From Desulforhopalus sp. (lineage in GTDB: Bacteria > Desulfobacterota > Desulfobulbia > Desulfobulbales > Desulfocapsaceae): a DNA stretch of 64,000 nt. Location: contig JAOTRX010000004.1 of NCBI GenBank assembly GCA_030247675.1, positions 114,910 through 178,909 on the forward strand. The letters run 5' to 3'. Numbering within the stretch: the stretch's first letter is position 1; each line of letters starts with the position of its first letter. Shown here one piece after another: positions 10,276 to 20,540 of this stretch. The notes beneath the pieces are model-generated. The model did no database searches. It was not told where the DNA came from and saw only the letters and a program-made list of their open reading frames with translations. Made by a program: the position numbers and the translations under genes.

Positions 10276-12441
10276 ATGCAGAACGCCAAAGATCTCAAAG
10301 AATACCGAAAGGATATGCAGGAGGCCCTGGATAACACCTTTCTCCGCAAGACGCTTGACACCTTTGCCGTCGCCTATAGGGCAGGCAGGGCCAGGGCCTT
10401 TGCCGAATTCGACGTCAACCAGCTGGTGGCCGATGTTGCCTGCGCCAAGGACAGCGTTTTGCCGCGGCTAAACGAATTGTATCTGGAATTTAAAAAAAAT
10501 GCCGAGAACGCCGGGGTGAAGGTCCATTTCGCCAAGGATGCCGATGAGGCCAATGCCCTGATCGCCAAGATCGCCGCGGATACCGGCTCAAAGAAGATCG
10601 TCAAATCGAAGTCGATGACCGCCGAGGAGACCCTTCTCAACCACGCTCTGGAAGACCACGGCCTGGAGGTGATCGAGACCGATCTCGGCGAATGGATCAT
10701 CCAGCTCCGTCATGAAGGGCCGTCGCATATGGTCATGCCGGCCATTCACCTGTCGCGCTTCCAGGTCGGCGACCTGTTCAGCGATGTCACCGGCGCCAAG
10801 CAGGAGCCGGACATCGAAAAGCTGGTCAAGGTGGCGAGAAGGGAGCTGCGCGGCAAATTTGTTGAGGCCGATATGGGCATCACCGGCGCCAATTTTGCCA
10901 TTGCCGAGACCGGGACCATCGGCCTTGTCACCAACGAGGGCAATGCCCGGCTGGTGACGACCCTGCCGCGGGTGCATGTCGCCCTGATGGGTATCGACAA
11001 GCTGGTGCCGAGCCTCAGCGACGCCCTGAAGATCCTCAAGGTCCTGCCGCGCAACGCCACCGGCCAGAATATCACCTCCTATGTCACCTGGATCACCGGT
11101 GCCAATGAGTGCGGCTCGGCGGCCGACAAGAAGAAGGAAATCCATTTTGTCGTCCTCGATAACGGCCGCCTGGAAATGGCCAAAGACCCGCTGTTTTCCC
11201 AGGTCTTCCGCTGCGTACGCTGCGGCGCCTGCGCCAATGTCTGCCCGGTTTACCGCATGGTCGGCGGCCATAAGATGGGGCATATCTATATCGGCGCTAT
11301 CGGCCTGATCCTCACCTATTTCTTCCATGGTGCGGATAAGGCGAAAAATCTCGTACAGAACTGTATCAACTGCGAGGCCTGCAAGGATATCTGCGCCGGT
11401 GGCATCGACCTGCCGCGTCTTATCAAACAGGTGCATGTGCGCATCCAGGACAGTGAAGGGCATCCTTTGCCCAGTCTGCTGCTCGGGATGGTTATGAAAA
11501 ACCGTAAACTCTTCCACACCCTGCTGCGCACCGCCAAATGGGCGCAGAAGCCGGTGGCGGGGGATGACGGCTTTATGCGCCACCTGCCGATGATGTTTTT
11601 CAAGGAGCACGATTTCAAGGCCTTGCCGACGGTTGCTGAAAAGGCCTTCCGTGACCGCTGGCCGGACCTGCCGCATGGCCCGGCAAATCCCCGCCTGCGG
11701 GTTGCCCTGTTCTCCGGCTGTGTTCAGGATTTTGTTTATCCCGAGCAGATGGAGGCGGCGGCCCGGCTGTTTGCCGACCATCAGGTGGGGCTGTTGTTTC
11801 CCATGACCCAGTCGTGCTGCGGGCTGCCCCTGCAGATGATGGGCGAGGCGAAGACCTCCCGCGACGTGGCTCTGCAGAATCTCCGTGCCTTTGAAGCGGA
11901 GAATGCCGACTATATTGTCACCCTCTGTGCCTCCTGCGCCTCGCACCTCAAGCATAACTATCCGGTGTTGCTGGCGGATGATCCAAAACTTACCGAGAAG
12001 GTCCTGGCCTTTACCGCCAAGGTCATCGATTTCTCGTCGTTTGCCCACGATGTCCTTGGTTTGAAGGCGGAAGACTTTGCCGGAGACGGCAAGAAAGCGA
12101 CCTTCCATTCCCCTTGTCATCTCTGCCGGGGCCTCGGTGTCCATGATGCGCCGCGTAACCTGATCCGCTCCGCCGGTCTTGATTACCAGGAGGCCGACGA
12201 GTCGGAGGTCTGCTGCGGTTTTGGCGGCACCTTCTCGGCCAAGTTCCCGGAAATCTCCGCCCAGCTCCTCGGCAAAAAGCTCGACAACGTCGAAAAGACC
12301 GGCGCCGAGATCCTCCTCAGCGATTGCCCCGGCTGCATCATGCAGCTGCGTGGCGGCCTGAAGAAACGGGGCTCGACGATCGTTGTCCAGCATACCGCCG
12401 AGGCCCTGGCGAATAGAAGAAAAGGTGGGAGCAGGGGGTAA
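10276..12441 (+). CDS. L-lactate dehydrogenase LutB/LldH-like (LUD + 4Fe-4S + CCG fusion)
   Basis: VKSKSMTAEE, ETDLGEWIIQL, PSHMVMPAIH, CVRCGACANVCPVY, then two CCG domains. Confidence 0.9.
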   Translation: MQNAKDLKEYRKDMQEALDNTFLRKTLDTFAVAYRAGRARAFAEFDVNQLVADVACAKDSVLPRLNELYLEFKKNAENAGVKVHFAKDADEANALIAKIAADTGSKKIVKSKSMTAEETLLNHALEDHGLEVIETDLGEWIIQLRHEGPSHMVMPAIHLSRFQVGDLFSDVTGAKQEPDIEKLVKVARRELRGKFVEADMGITGANFAIAETGTIGLVTNEGNARLVTTLPRVHVALMGIDKLVPSLSDALKILKVLPRNATGQNITSYVTWITGANECGSAADKKKEIHFVVLDNGRLEMAKDPLFSQVFRCVRCGACANVCPVYRMVGGHKMGHIYIGAIGLILTYFFHGADKAKNLVQNCINCEACKDICAGGIDLPRLIKQVHVRIQDSEGHPLPSLLLGMVMKNRKLFHTLLRTAKWAQKPVAGDDGFMRHLPMMFFKEHDFKALPTVAEKAFRDRWPDLPHGPANPRLRVALFSGCVQDFVYPEQMEAAARLFADHQVGLLFPMTQSCCGLPLQMMGEAKTSRDVALQNLRAFEAENADYIVTLCASCASHLKHNYPVLLADDPKLTEKVLAFTAKVIDFSSFAHDVLGLKAEDFAGDGKKATFHSPCHLCRGLGVHDAPRNLIRSAGLDYQEADESEVCCGFGGTFSAKFPEISAQLLGKKLDNVEKTGAEILLSDCPGCIMQLRGGLKKRGSTIVVQHTAEALANRRKGGSRG

Positions 12442-12462
12442 CTCCCGGCCGGGGCTGAATGG

Positions 12463-12492
12463 GGACGGGTCCGGCGGTTGCCGGGCCCGTCC
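12463..12492 (+). terminator. GC-rich hairpin after the lactate operon
   Basis: GGACGGGTCCGGC-GGTT-GCCGGGCCCGTCC near-perfect 13-bp stem 20 bp after the stop codon. Confidence 0.55.
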
Positions 12493-12665
12493 GGCGCTTT
12501 GCAGATGTTCCGTCCCTGCGGGTGGCGTATGCCGGCCCTGCAAAATTGTCTTGGGTTTTGCTATTCAGCCACTATAATGGGGCGAAATGGAAGCGGGCGT
12601 GGCGGCGGAAGGCCATAGTCCACCGCCCATCAATGCATCCCCTCACCAGGCGGCGGCCACACGCA

Positions 12666-13502
12666 ATGATGACAGCAGATAGCCAGGAACTTTTCGAAAA
12701 AATCACTAAAAGCGTTGAATACATCACCGCCAGAACGACCATCCGCCCGACCATTGGCATTATCCTCGGTACAGGCCTCGGACGGCTGGCGGAGTCCATT
12801 GTTGTCGATGCGGAACTACCCTACGGCGAGATCCCCCATTTCGTTACCGCTACGGTTGAGCACCATGCCGGTAAATTGCTCCTCGGCAAGTTGGGAGGGG
12901 CGGAGGTGGTCTGCATGTCCGGGCGGTTTCATCTCTACGAAGGCCATTCCCTGGCCGAAGTGACCTTTCCGGTGCGGGTCATGAAGGCCCTCGGCTGCAC
13001 CAAGCTGTTTATCTCCAATGTCGCGGGAGGGCTGAATGAGTATTACCGGCGCGGCGATATCATGATCATCGACGACCATATCAACCTTCTTGGGCAGAAT
13101 CCCCTGGTCGGGCCGAATGACCCGCGCCTTGGCGAGCGCTGGCCGGACATGTTCGAACCGTACAGCCGCGACTTGCAGAAAAAGGCGATCGCCATCGCCC
13201 AGAAGCTCAATTTGCCGATCCGCAAAAAAGGCATCTATGCCTGTCTCTGCGGGCCCTGTCTGGAAACCAGGGCGGAGTACCGGATGCTGCGGACTTTAGG
13301 CGCCGATGCGGTCGGTATGTCCACTGTTCCGGAGGCGATTGTCGCCGTCCACGCCGGGCTGCAGGTCTTTGCCTGTTCGATCATCACCGATCTCTGCACC
13401 CCGGAGACCCTGCGCCCGGTGGATATCGCCGAGATCATCGCCACCGCCGGCGAGGCCGAGCCCAAGCTCGTCCAGCTCTTTACCGAGATGGCCAGCTGCT
13501 GA
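12666..13502 (+). CDS. punA: Purine-nucleoside phosphorylase (trimeric PNP family)
   Basis: IGIILGTGLG, GRFHLYEG, SNVAGGLN, GPCLETRAE, DAVGMSTVPEA, SIITD. Confidence 0.9.
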   Translation: MMTADSQELFEKITKSVEYITARTTIRPTIGIILGTGLGRLAESIVVDAELPYGEIPHFVTATVEHHAGKLLLGKLGGAEVVCMSGRFHLYEGHSLAEVTFPVRVMKALGCTKLFISNVAGGLNEYYRRGDIMIIDDHINLLGQNPLVGPNDPRLGERWPDMFEPYSRDLQKKAIAIAQKLNLPIRKKGIYACLCGPCLETRAEYRMLRTLGADAVGMSTVPEAIVAVHAGLQVFACSIITDLCTPETLRPVDIAEIIATAGEAEPKLVQLFTEMASC

Positions 13503-13600
13503 ACGGGTTGTCAGGAGCCTACCTCCTGGCGGAAATCCCCGGCGATTTGTTGCCGCTCCGCATTGCCCAAAGATTTAAGATTGCCTTTATTTTCCTTGCC

Positions 13601-14449
13601 TCAACGCTTCCACAGGTCCAGGGCCAGCTGGTAGACCTGCGACCGCGGCAGTCCAAGATCGGAAGACAGCTTGCGGCTGGCGTCTTTTAAGGACAGTTCG
13701 GAGTTGTCGCGGTACCACAGGATCAGTTCTTCGACGGTCTGCCCCTGTACCTCTTCTTTTCCGCCGGGGCAGATAATGACGACGAACTCGCCGCGATTGC
13801 GGCCTTCCTTGCTCTTGGCCAGGAGGTCGGCAAGAGTCCCCGATTGCAGATCCTCAAAACTCTTGGTCAGTTCCCGCGCCCAAAAGGCCTGCCGTTCACC
13901 GAGAATCTCCAGAGCGTCGGCCAGGAAGTCATCGATACGGTGCGGCGACTCGTAAAACACCACCGGATATTCGCAGGCGGCAACGGCCGACAATGCCTTG
14001 CGGCGCTGTCCCGATTTGGCCGGAAGAAAGCCGAGAAAGAGAAAGCCGGTGGAGGTGATCCCCGAGCCGGAAAGGGCGGTAGTCAGCGCCGAGGCCCCCG
14101 GCAGCGGCACGACGGTCAGGCCAAGGTCATGGGCCCGGCGGACGACAACCGCGCCCGGGTCGGAGATGGCCGGGGTCCCGGCATCGCTGACCAGGGCGAC
14201 ATTTTTCCCCTCCTGCAGACGAAGCAAAATCTCCTCACTACGCTCCGCCTCCTTTTCCCGGTAATAGCTGATCAGCGGCGTCGCGATGCCGAAGTGGTTG
14301 AGGAGATTGCGGGTGTGGCGGGTGTCCTCGGCGGCGATGACATCGACTTCCTTGAGAATCCGCAGAGCGCGCAGGGTGATATCTTCAAGGTTGCCGATGG
14401 GGGTGGGGACGATATACAAGGTCCCGTGGACGGTCCTAGTTTCGGTCAT
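13601..14449 (-). CDS. rsmI: 16S rRNA (cytidine1402-2'-O)-methyltransferase
   Basis: LYIVPTPIGNLEDITLRAL, AAEDTRHT, VSDAGTPAISDPG, FYESPHR, ARELTK. Confidence 0.95.
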   Translation of the reverse strand: MTETRTVHGTLYIVPTPIGNLEDITLRALRILKEVDVIAAEDTRHTRNLLNHFGIATPLISYYREKEAERSEEILLRLQEGKNVALVSDAGTPAISDPGAVVVRRAHDLGLTVVPLPGASALTTALSGSGITSTGFLFLGFLPAKSGQRRKALSAVAACEYPVVFYESPHRIDDFLADALEILGERQAFWARELTKSFEDLQSGTLADLLAKSKEGRNRGEFVVIICPGGKEEVQGQTVEELILWYRDNSELSLKDASRKLSSDLGLPRSQVYQLALDLWKR

Positions 14450-14547
14450 GCGTGATCCGTGGGGAAAGGGGTGACAGGGGAGTAATTTACCAAGCATTGA
14501 TTGCCGCTACACTATGCTCAACTCCCCGGCAAATTGCATCTGCTTTC

Positions 14548-14592
14548 TTGACTTTTCTCGGCGAGACCATTATATGAATATATGATCATATA
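14548..14592 (+). promoter_or_regulatory. Sigma-70-like promoter overlapped by an ArsR/SmtB-type operator
   Basis: TTGACT at 14548, -10-like TATATG 17 bp downstream; inverted repeat TATATGA-N8-TCATATA (14571-14592) with a TGAA-N6-ATCA core. Confidence 0.65.
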
Positions 14593-14609
14593 TTAAGATG
14601 GAGACAAGG

Positions 14610-14957
14610 ATGAACAATGATCGCTGCAGTTGCCGGATTGTCCACCAGGACAAGGTGGACTTGGCGCGAACCCAGGGCCTGGAACCAACGAAAATTGAAG
14701 GAATCAGCAACCTGTTCAAGGCCTGTAGCGACCCCGGACGGCTGCAGATACTCCATGCCCTGCAGCAGCAGGAGATGTGTGTGTGCGATCTTGCGGCACT
14801 TTTAGGGATCTCGGAGTCGGCGGTGAGCCATCAATTGCGCCTCCTCAGAACCATGGGCCTGGTTGCCAACAGACGGGAAGGGGTCGTCCTCTATTACCGC
14901 CTGGTGGACGGGCGATTTGCACAACTCATAAGTTTGGCAGGTGAGCTGCTGACCTGA
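14610..14957 (+). CDS. ArsR/SmtB family metalloregulator (CadC/ZiaR-like)
   Basis: N-terminal CSCRIVH, DPGRLQIL, EMCVCDLA (alpha3 site), SAVSHQLRLLR HTH; C-terminal DGRF lacks the alpha5 D/H ligands. Confidence 0.9.
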   Translation: MNNDRCSCRIVHQDKVDLARTQGLEPTKIEGISNLFKACSDPGRLQILHALQQQEMCVCDLAALLGISESAVSHQLRLLRTMGLVANRREGVVLYYRLVDGRFAQLISLAGELLT

Positions 14958-15018
14958 TCGTACCTGTTTTGGGCGCTTGTGCCAAGACCGGGCCAGCGGG
15001 TGAAAAATAGGTGTTGCC

Positions 15019-16212
15019 ATGTTTGAAATACTAGAAAAAATTAGCGTGGAGTGGTGGCATATCCTTGTCGACAGCTCCTTTTATGTCCTCCTCGGGATTA
15101 CCATCGCCGGGCTGCTCAGAGCGACCCTCAACCCGGACACGGTTGCCAAACACCTGGGGCGCGGCCGCTATATGTCGGTGATCAAAGCGGCCCTCCTTGG
15201 CGTACCTTTGCCCCTCTGATCGTGTGGTGTGCTGCCGGCGGCAGCATCCTTGAAAAAGCAGGGGGCCAATAAAGGTGCAACCGCAGCCTTTCTGGTCTCG
15301 ACACCGGAATCGGGTGTCGATTCCATTGCCATAACCTACGCCCTCCTTGATCCGATTATGACCGTGGTGCGGCCGGTGGCGGCACTGGTGTCGGGGATTG
15401 TCGCGGGACTTGTCGAAAATATCTGGTTTTGGCAAAAGGATGCGGACAAGGCCCCGGCCGGGGACTGCAGATGCCCGGAAGACAAGAGCTGTGGCGGCGA
15501 TTGTTCAGGTGAAAATCCTGCTAACCACCACACCCTGGCGGAAAAGTTGCTGGAAGGCCTGCGCTTTGGCTATAAGGAGGTTTGGGGCGATATTGCCGGC
15601 TGGTTCTTTGTCGGCCTGTTCGCAGCTGCCCTGATAACCGCCCTGGTGCCCGGCGACCTGATCACTACCTTTCTCGGTGGCGGGGTCAGTTCGATGTTGA
15701 TCATGCTGGTGGTGGGTATTCCTCTGTATATCTGTGCATCGGCCTCGACGCCGGTGGCCGCCGCCCTCATTATGAAAGGGGTGAGTCCGGGGGCGGCCCT
15801 GGTGTTTCTGCTGGTCGGCCCGGCCACCAATGTTACCTCGATTTTTGTCCTCAACGGCATTCTCGGCAAGAGGGGGACGGCGATGTATCTGGCCATCCTG
15901 TCAGGCTGTGCCGTGATCTTTGGTCTTGGTCTTGACGCACTGTACCTGGCCTTGGGTATCTCCGTGCAGGCGTCCCTTGGCGAGGCATCCGAGCTTTTGC
16001 CGGAGTGGATGAAACTCGCCGCCGTGGCGGTGCTCCTGGGGATATCGGTACAACCACTGACGGCCGCCCTGCGTAAGAGGTTTGCCCGGAAGGCCGCACC
16101 GAGCGTGTTCTTCAGTGATTTTCCGGCAATACATGACCACATCGGGAAGCCCGGGCAGAACCCCGTGGCGGTGCATGAAAAAGGCCATTGCGGTTGTGGT
16201 TGCGGCAGTTGA
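15019..16212 (+). CDS. DUF318/ArsP (SO_0444-like) metal permease with in-frame TGA at 15217-15219, candidate selenocysteine
   Basis: ORFs 15019-15219 and 15229-16212 are in the same frame; joined they read GVPLPL*SCGVLPAA, where the family motif is PLCSCG; also STPESGVDS, GIPLYICASASTP, FLLVGPATN. Confidence 0.85.
15226..15249 (+). ncRNA. Candidate bacterial SECIS element
   Basis: GGTG-TGCTGCC-GGC-GGCAGCA-TCC: perfect 7-bp stem extendable by a G-U and two G-C pairs; G-starting loop begins 17 nt after the TGA. Confidence 0.7.
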
Positions 16213-16376
16213 GGCAGCAGAACTCTGCGGCAAGGGAATGCGGGAAAAGCGGCGCAAAAATTTGCAAAATCGCCATGGAAGGGGTAGTTTGAGGGTGCCT
16301 GGCCCAAACAACTAAGACAACGATGACAAGTACCGTTGTGCCACGTCCAACCATGAACTGACCGCCCAAAGAACGC

Positions 16377-17306
16377 ATGGCGCCCCTGCCCAGAATCCTT
16401 ACCGCCCTTTTCATCGTTTGCCTTGCCTGGGGCCTATCCTCGTGCCGCGAACGCGAGGAGAGGGTCAAGGTTTCCCTTAATAAACGCCAGGATATTACCT
16501 TCCGGCAGCAACAACCCGCCATAACCTACGCCTGTCTTCCTCAGTACGCCCATACCGAATCCTTTCAACGCCACCACCTGCTGGTGGAATATCTTACCGA
16601 GGAGACCGGCCTCGCCATCCGCCAGGTGTTTCCCGAGACCTTTGACGATCACATAAAGATGTTCGGGCAGGGCAAGATCGACATCTCATTTTCTAATCCA
16701 TTCGTTTATGTGCGGCTGGCCAACCGCTTTGGTGCCAAGGCCATGGCCCGGATCATCGAGGAGGACGGCCGCGCCGAGTTCCGCGGTCAGATCATAGCCC
16801 GCAAGGATAACAAGGCGGTGCAAACCCTCAAAGACTGCCGGGGTAAATCATGGGTGGCGGTTGATCCGTCATCGGCCGGCGGCTATCTCTTTGCCCTTGG
16901 ACACTTTATCGATAAGGGCTTGAATCTGGGTGACTTCAAGGAGGTGGTCTTTGCCGGCGGCCGGCAGGAAAACGTTGTTCTCGGGGTATATGCCGGCCTG
17001 TACGATATCGGCTCGATACGGGAAGGTTCCTTGGCGGTGGTAAAGGACAAGATCGATGTCAGCCAGATTAAGGTGATCGAAAACTCCAGATGGTATCCGG
17101 GCTGGGTTTACGCCAGCAGCCCGAGGCTTTCTCCGGAGGTGGTTGAGATAATCAGGACTGCCCTGTTGCGCCTCGACTACCAACAAAACCCCCGGCACAA
17201 GGCGATTCTCGATGCGGCAAAGTGTATCGGCCTGGTTTCTTCCGATGACCAGGACTTTGAACCTGTTCGTGACCTGAGCAGAAAAGCGGGGCTTTATCTT
17301 GATTGA
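16377..17306 (+). CDS. PhnD-like substrate-binding (lipo)protein
   Basis: Signal with LSSC lipobox-like end; FRGQIIARKD, VDPSSAGGYL, QENVVLGV, YPGWVYA. Confidence 0.8.
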   Translation: MAPLPRILTALFIVCLAWGLSSCREREERVKVSLNKRQDITFRQQQPAITYACLPQYAHTESFQRHHLLVEYLTEETGLAIRQVFPETFDDHIKMFGQGKIDISFSNPFVYVRLANRFGAKAMARIIEEDGRAEFRGQIIARKDNKAVQTLKDCRGKSWVAVDPSSAGGYLFALGHFIDKGLNLGDFKEVVFAGGRQENVVLGVYAGLYDIGSIREGSLAVVKDKIDVSQIKVIENSRWYPGWVYASSPRLSPEVVEIIRTALLRLDYQQNPRHKAILDAAKCIGLVSSDDQDFEPVRDLSRKAGLYLD

Positions 17307-19188
17307 ACGCGTGCCCATACCAAAGATTCTCCATCGCCTGCGCCTCAGGACGAAAATCACTTTGGGCGTCACCTTCATGCTGGTATTCTGCGGCATCGGC
17401 ATTGGCCTGATCCTCTCCAACATGTCTTCCTCTGCCCTCATCGAGGAGGGGAAAAAGCGCGGCATGGCCTTGACCTCGGGGCTTGCCCTGCGCCTGGCCG
17501 AACCGATCCTGGCCATGGATTTCCTGCAGATGAAGAACTTCATCGACAATGTCCATAGCCAGTATGACGACGTTATCTATGTTTTTCTGACCGACGCCAG
17601 CGGTAACATCCTCGCCCATACCTTTAACGGCGGCTTTCCCACCGATCTGCTTGGCGTAAATCTCGACAGCCGTGGTGCACAACCCTTACTCCTCGCCACC
17701 GAGGAAAGACTGATCTATGATTTCAACGCCCGGGTCGTCCTCGGCGACAGCAATCTGGGCTCGGTGCGGTTGGGGCTGTCGCGGAGCGATATCGACATCC
17801 AGATTCGCAGCCAGCGGCTGACCAGTCTGGTGGCGACGCTTGGCGTCGTTGGCCTCGGGGTGGTCCTGGCCCTGTGGTTTGCCCGTACAGTTACCTCAAG
17901 GCTTATCCGCCTGCGGGAGTCGGTGGAGGAGATTGTCCGGGGGAATCTCGATGCCCATGCGACACTAGCCGGCGATAAAAACTTCTTTGATGATGAGCTC
18001 CAGGACCTAGCCGAGGCCTTTGACACCATGGCGATGACCGTTAAAAACCATATCGGCGAGCTCATCGAGCGGGAAAAAACCATCGTCAGGCAGCAGGGAT
18101 TGCTCAAGACCATCATGAGCGTCACCCCCGATTTTATCACCCTGCAGGACAGAAATCTGGTCTATACTTTTGCCGGCAAGGCCTTTTGTGATGATCTTGA
18201 TCTGCCGGAGGCGGCGGTGGTCGGCAAAACCGATTACCACATCTTTCCCGAACAGATTGCGGCGATCAATACCGAAGAGGGCAGGGAAATCCTTGCCTCG
18301 GGACGTACCCTCGCCAAGGAAATCTGCCTCAGGCGGTCTGATGAGAAGAGGTGGTTTCATGTTATTAAGATCCCGGTGTACGACCAGGACGGCAGCATCA
18401 TAGGGGTTCTCTCCACTGCCAGGGATATCTCCATGTTGAAGAAAATCCAGGAGCAGCTGGTCCAGTCCCAGAAGATGGAGGATCTCGGGCGCCTGGCCGG
18501 GGGGGTGGCCCATGAAATCAATACCCCGCTTGGCATAATTCTTGGGTACAGCCAGATTCTCGTGGAGGATATAAAGGACAAAGAACTCCTCGAAGGCATG
18601 AAAATCATCGAAAAACAAAGTCAGGTTTGTCGTAAGATTGTCGCCGATTTGCTGGGCTTTGCCAGAAAATCCAGGTCGGTCAGCGAAGCGGTGGATATTG
18701 TCGAATCCATCCGTACCGTTGCCAATCTGGTTGAACACACCTTTGCCATGAATGACATACAGGTGGTCATCGACACGGACAATACTCTTCCGCCACTGAC
18801 CGGTGACGACGAAAAGCTCAAACAGGTCTGGCTGAACCTCCTCAATAATGCCGCCGATGCCATCGACGCGGGTGGCATTATCACCGTCCGGGCGAGGCTG
18901 GGCGCGGAAGGGAAAACGATTGTGGTATGCGTCGCCGATACCGGCAAAGGTGTGGAGAACGCCCATATCACCAAGGTGTTTGATCCTTTCTTCACCACCA
19001 AGGAGGTTGGTAAGGGCACGGGCTTGGGGCTGTCCGTGTCCTTTGGTATCATCAAGGAGCACGGCGGGACCATTGCCGTGTTCAGCCCGTGCCCGGCGGA
19101 ATACCAGCCGGCGGATTTTTCCCGGCTGGAGCACTGCGGGCCAGGGACGGTATTTATCGTCGAGCTACCAGTGCCATTATTCAATTGA
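17299..19188 (+). CDS. Membrane sensor histidine kinase (HAMP-PAS-HisKA-HATPase)
   Basis: Two TM segments, HAMP (DELQDLAEAFDTM), PAS, AGGVAHEINTPL H-box, QVWLNLLNNA, DTGKG, DPFFTTKEVGKGTGLGL. Confidence 0.95.
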   Translation: MIERVPIPKILHRLRLRTKITLGVTFMLVFCGIGIGLILSNMSSSALIEEGKKRGMALTSGLALRLAEPILAMDFLQMKNFIDNVHSQYDDVIYVFLTDASGNILAHTFNGGFPTDLLGVNLDSRGAQPLLLATEERLIYDFNARVVLGDSNLGSVRLGLSRSDIDIQIRSQRLTSLVATLGVVGLGVVLALWFARTVTSRLIRLRESVEEIVRGNLDAHATLAGDKNFFDDELQDLAEAFDTMAMTVKNHIGELIEREKTIVRQQGLLKTIMSVTPDFITLQDRNLVYTFAGKAFCDDLDLPEAAVVGKTDYHIFPEQIAAINTEEGREILASGRTLAKEICLRRSDEKRWFHVIKIPVYDQDGSIIGVLSTARDISMLKKIQEQLVQSQKMEDLGRLAGGVAHEINTPLGIILGYSQILVEDIKDKELLEGMKIIEKQSQVCRKIVADLLGFARKSRSVSEAVDIVESIRTVANLVEHTFAMNDIQVVIDTDNTLPPLTGDDEKLKQVWLNLLNNAADAIDAGGIITVRARLGAEGKTIVVCVADTGKGVENAHITKVFDPFFTTKEVGKGTGLGLSVSFGIIKEHGGTIAVFSPCPAEYQPADFSRLEHCGPGTVFIVELPVPLFN

Positions 19189-19270
19189 AGGAAATGGCCG
19201 AAGCGGGCATAATAGCGCCCAAAAATCATGCACTGTTCGGTAATTTGAATTTGTTTCGAAAAGGGACACA

Positions 19271-20398
19271 ATGAGTAAACATATCGGGATATTGACGGCA
19301 GGTGGTGACAGTCCGGGATTGAACGCGGCGATTCGCGCCATCGGTAAGTCGGCGCTGACCGCCGGGATGGACGTAATTGGCTTTCGCGATGGCTTTCGCG
19401 GGCTTATGGAAAACAGAACGATGCGTCTTGAGCTGGAAACCCTTTCCTCTATTCTTACCAGGGGCGGGACCATCCTCGGCACCAGCCGCGACAAGCCGCA
19501 TAAGATGCCGGTCGGCAGCGAGATCATGGATATGACCCAGGTAATCTGCGACAACTACCGGCACCATAACCTCGATGCGCTGATCTGTATCGGCGGCGGC
19601 GGTACCCAGAAAAACGCCTACCGTCTGGCGCAGAAGGGTCTGAATATCCTGACCCTGCCCAAGACCATCGATAATGATGTGGCGATGACCGATATCACCT
19701 TCGGTTTTGACACCGCCATGGAGATCGCCACCGAGGCCATCGACCGGCTGCACTCCACCGCCCATAGCCACCACCGGATTATTGTCGTCGAGATCATGGG
19801 CCATAATGCCGGCTGGCTGGCCCTTGGCGCCGGCATTGCCGGAGGTGCCGATGTCATCCTCATCCCGGAGATTCCCTACGATCTGGAGGCGGTGACCGCA
19901 GCCATTCGCAAGAGAAAGCAGCGGGGCACCAACTTCAGTATTGTCGCCGTAGCCGAAGGGGCGCTATCTCAGGCTGATTACCAGCGCTACACCGGTCTGA
20001 AGACTGCCAAGTCCGAGGCCAAGGAAAAGGCCGACGCCAAGGCACTGAAGAAGATCGAGGAGGATCTCCTTGAGTTCACCACCCACCGCAGCAATCATAC
20101 CCTCAGGCTGTCCCAGGAGTTGGAAAAAATGACCGGCTTGGAGTCGCGGGTGACCATCCTCGGCCACTATCAGCGGGGCGGCACACCGTCGGCCGCCGAC
20201 CGGATGCTCGCCACCCGCCTGGGCAGTGCCTGCGTCGAGTGCATCGAGCGGGGTATCGGCGGGGTGATGATCGCCGCTGACCGCAACGGCACCAAGGCGG
20301 TGCCGCTGTCCGAGGTCGTCGGTAAAAAGAACCTGGTGCCCAAAGACCATCCAATGGTGCAGGCCGCTAGGAGGGTTGGCACCTGCATGGGCGATTGA
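19271..20398 (+). CDS. pfkA: 6-phosphofructokinase
   Basis: [56 protein letters not shown]. Confidence 0.92.
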   Translation: MSKHIGILTAGGDSPGLNAAIRAIGKSALTAGMDVIGFRDGFRGLMENRTMRLELETLSSILTRGGTILGTSRDKPHKMPVGSEIMDMTQVICDNYRHHNLDALICIGGGGTQKNAYRLAQKGLNILTLPKTIDNDVAMTDITFGFDTAMEIATEAIDRLHSTAHSHHRIIVVEIMGHNAGWLALGAGIAGGADVILIPEIPYDLEAVTAAIRKRKQRGTNFSIVAVAEGALSQADYQRYTGLKTAKSEAKEKADAKALKKIEEDLLEFTTHRSNHTLRLSQELEKMTGLESRVTILGHYQRGGTPSAADRMLATRLGSACVECIERGIGGVMIAADRNGTKAVPLSEVVGKKNLVPKDHPMVQAARRVGTCMGD

Positions 20399-20540
20399 CG
20401 GGTACCGAAAAGAATGGGAGAGAGCCTGCGGGGGATACGACAAGACGATTAATTGTTCTTTGACTCCAATAGCTACAAGAAGGGCGCCCGGATGGACTGA
20501 GAAGAGAGGATTCTTTTATTTTACTCTGACCCCAAAAAAT

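Noticed and set aside
10588-12543. Long antisense ORFs (for example 651 aa here, 18007-19134, 41829-42893)
   Set aside because: Shadow frames of high-GC genes with no recognisable motifs
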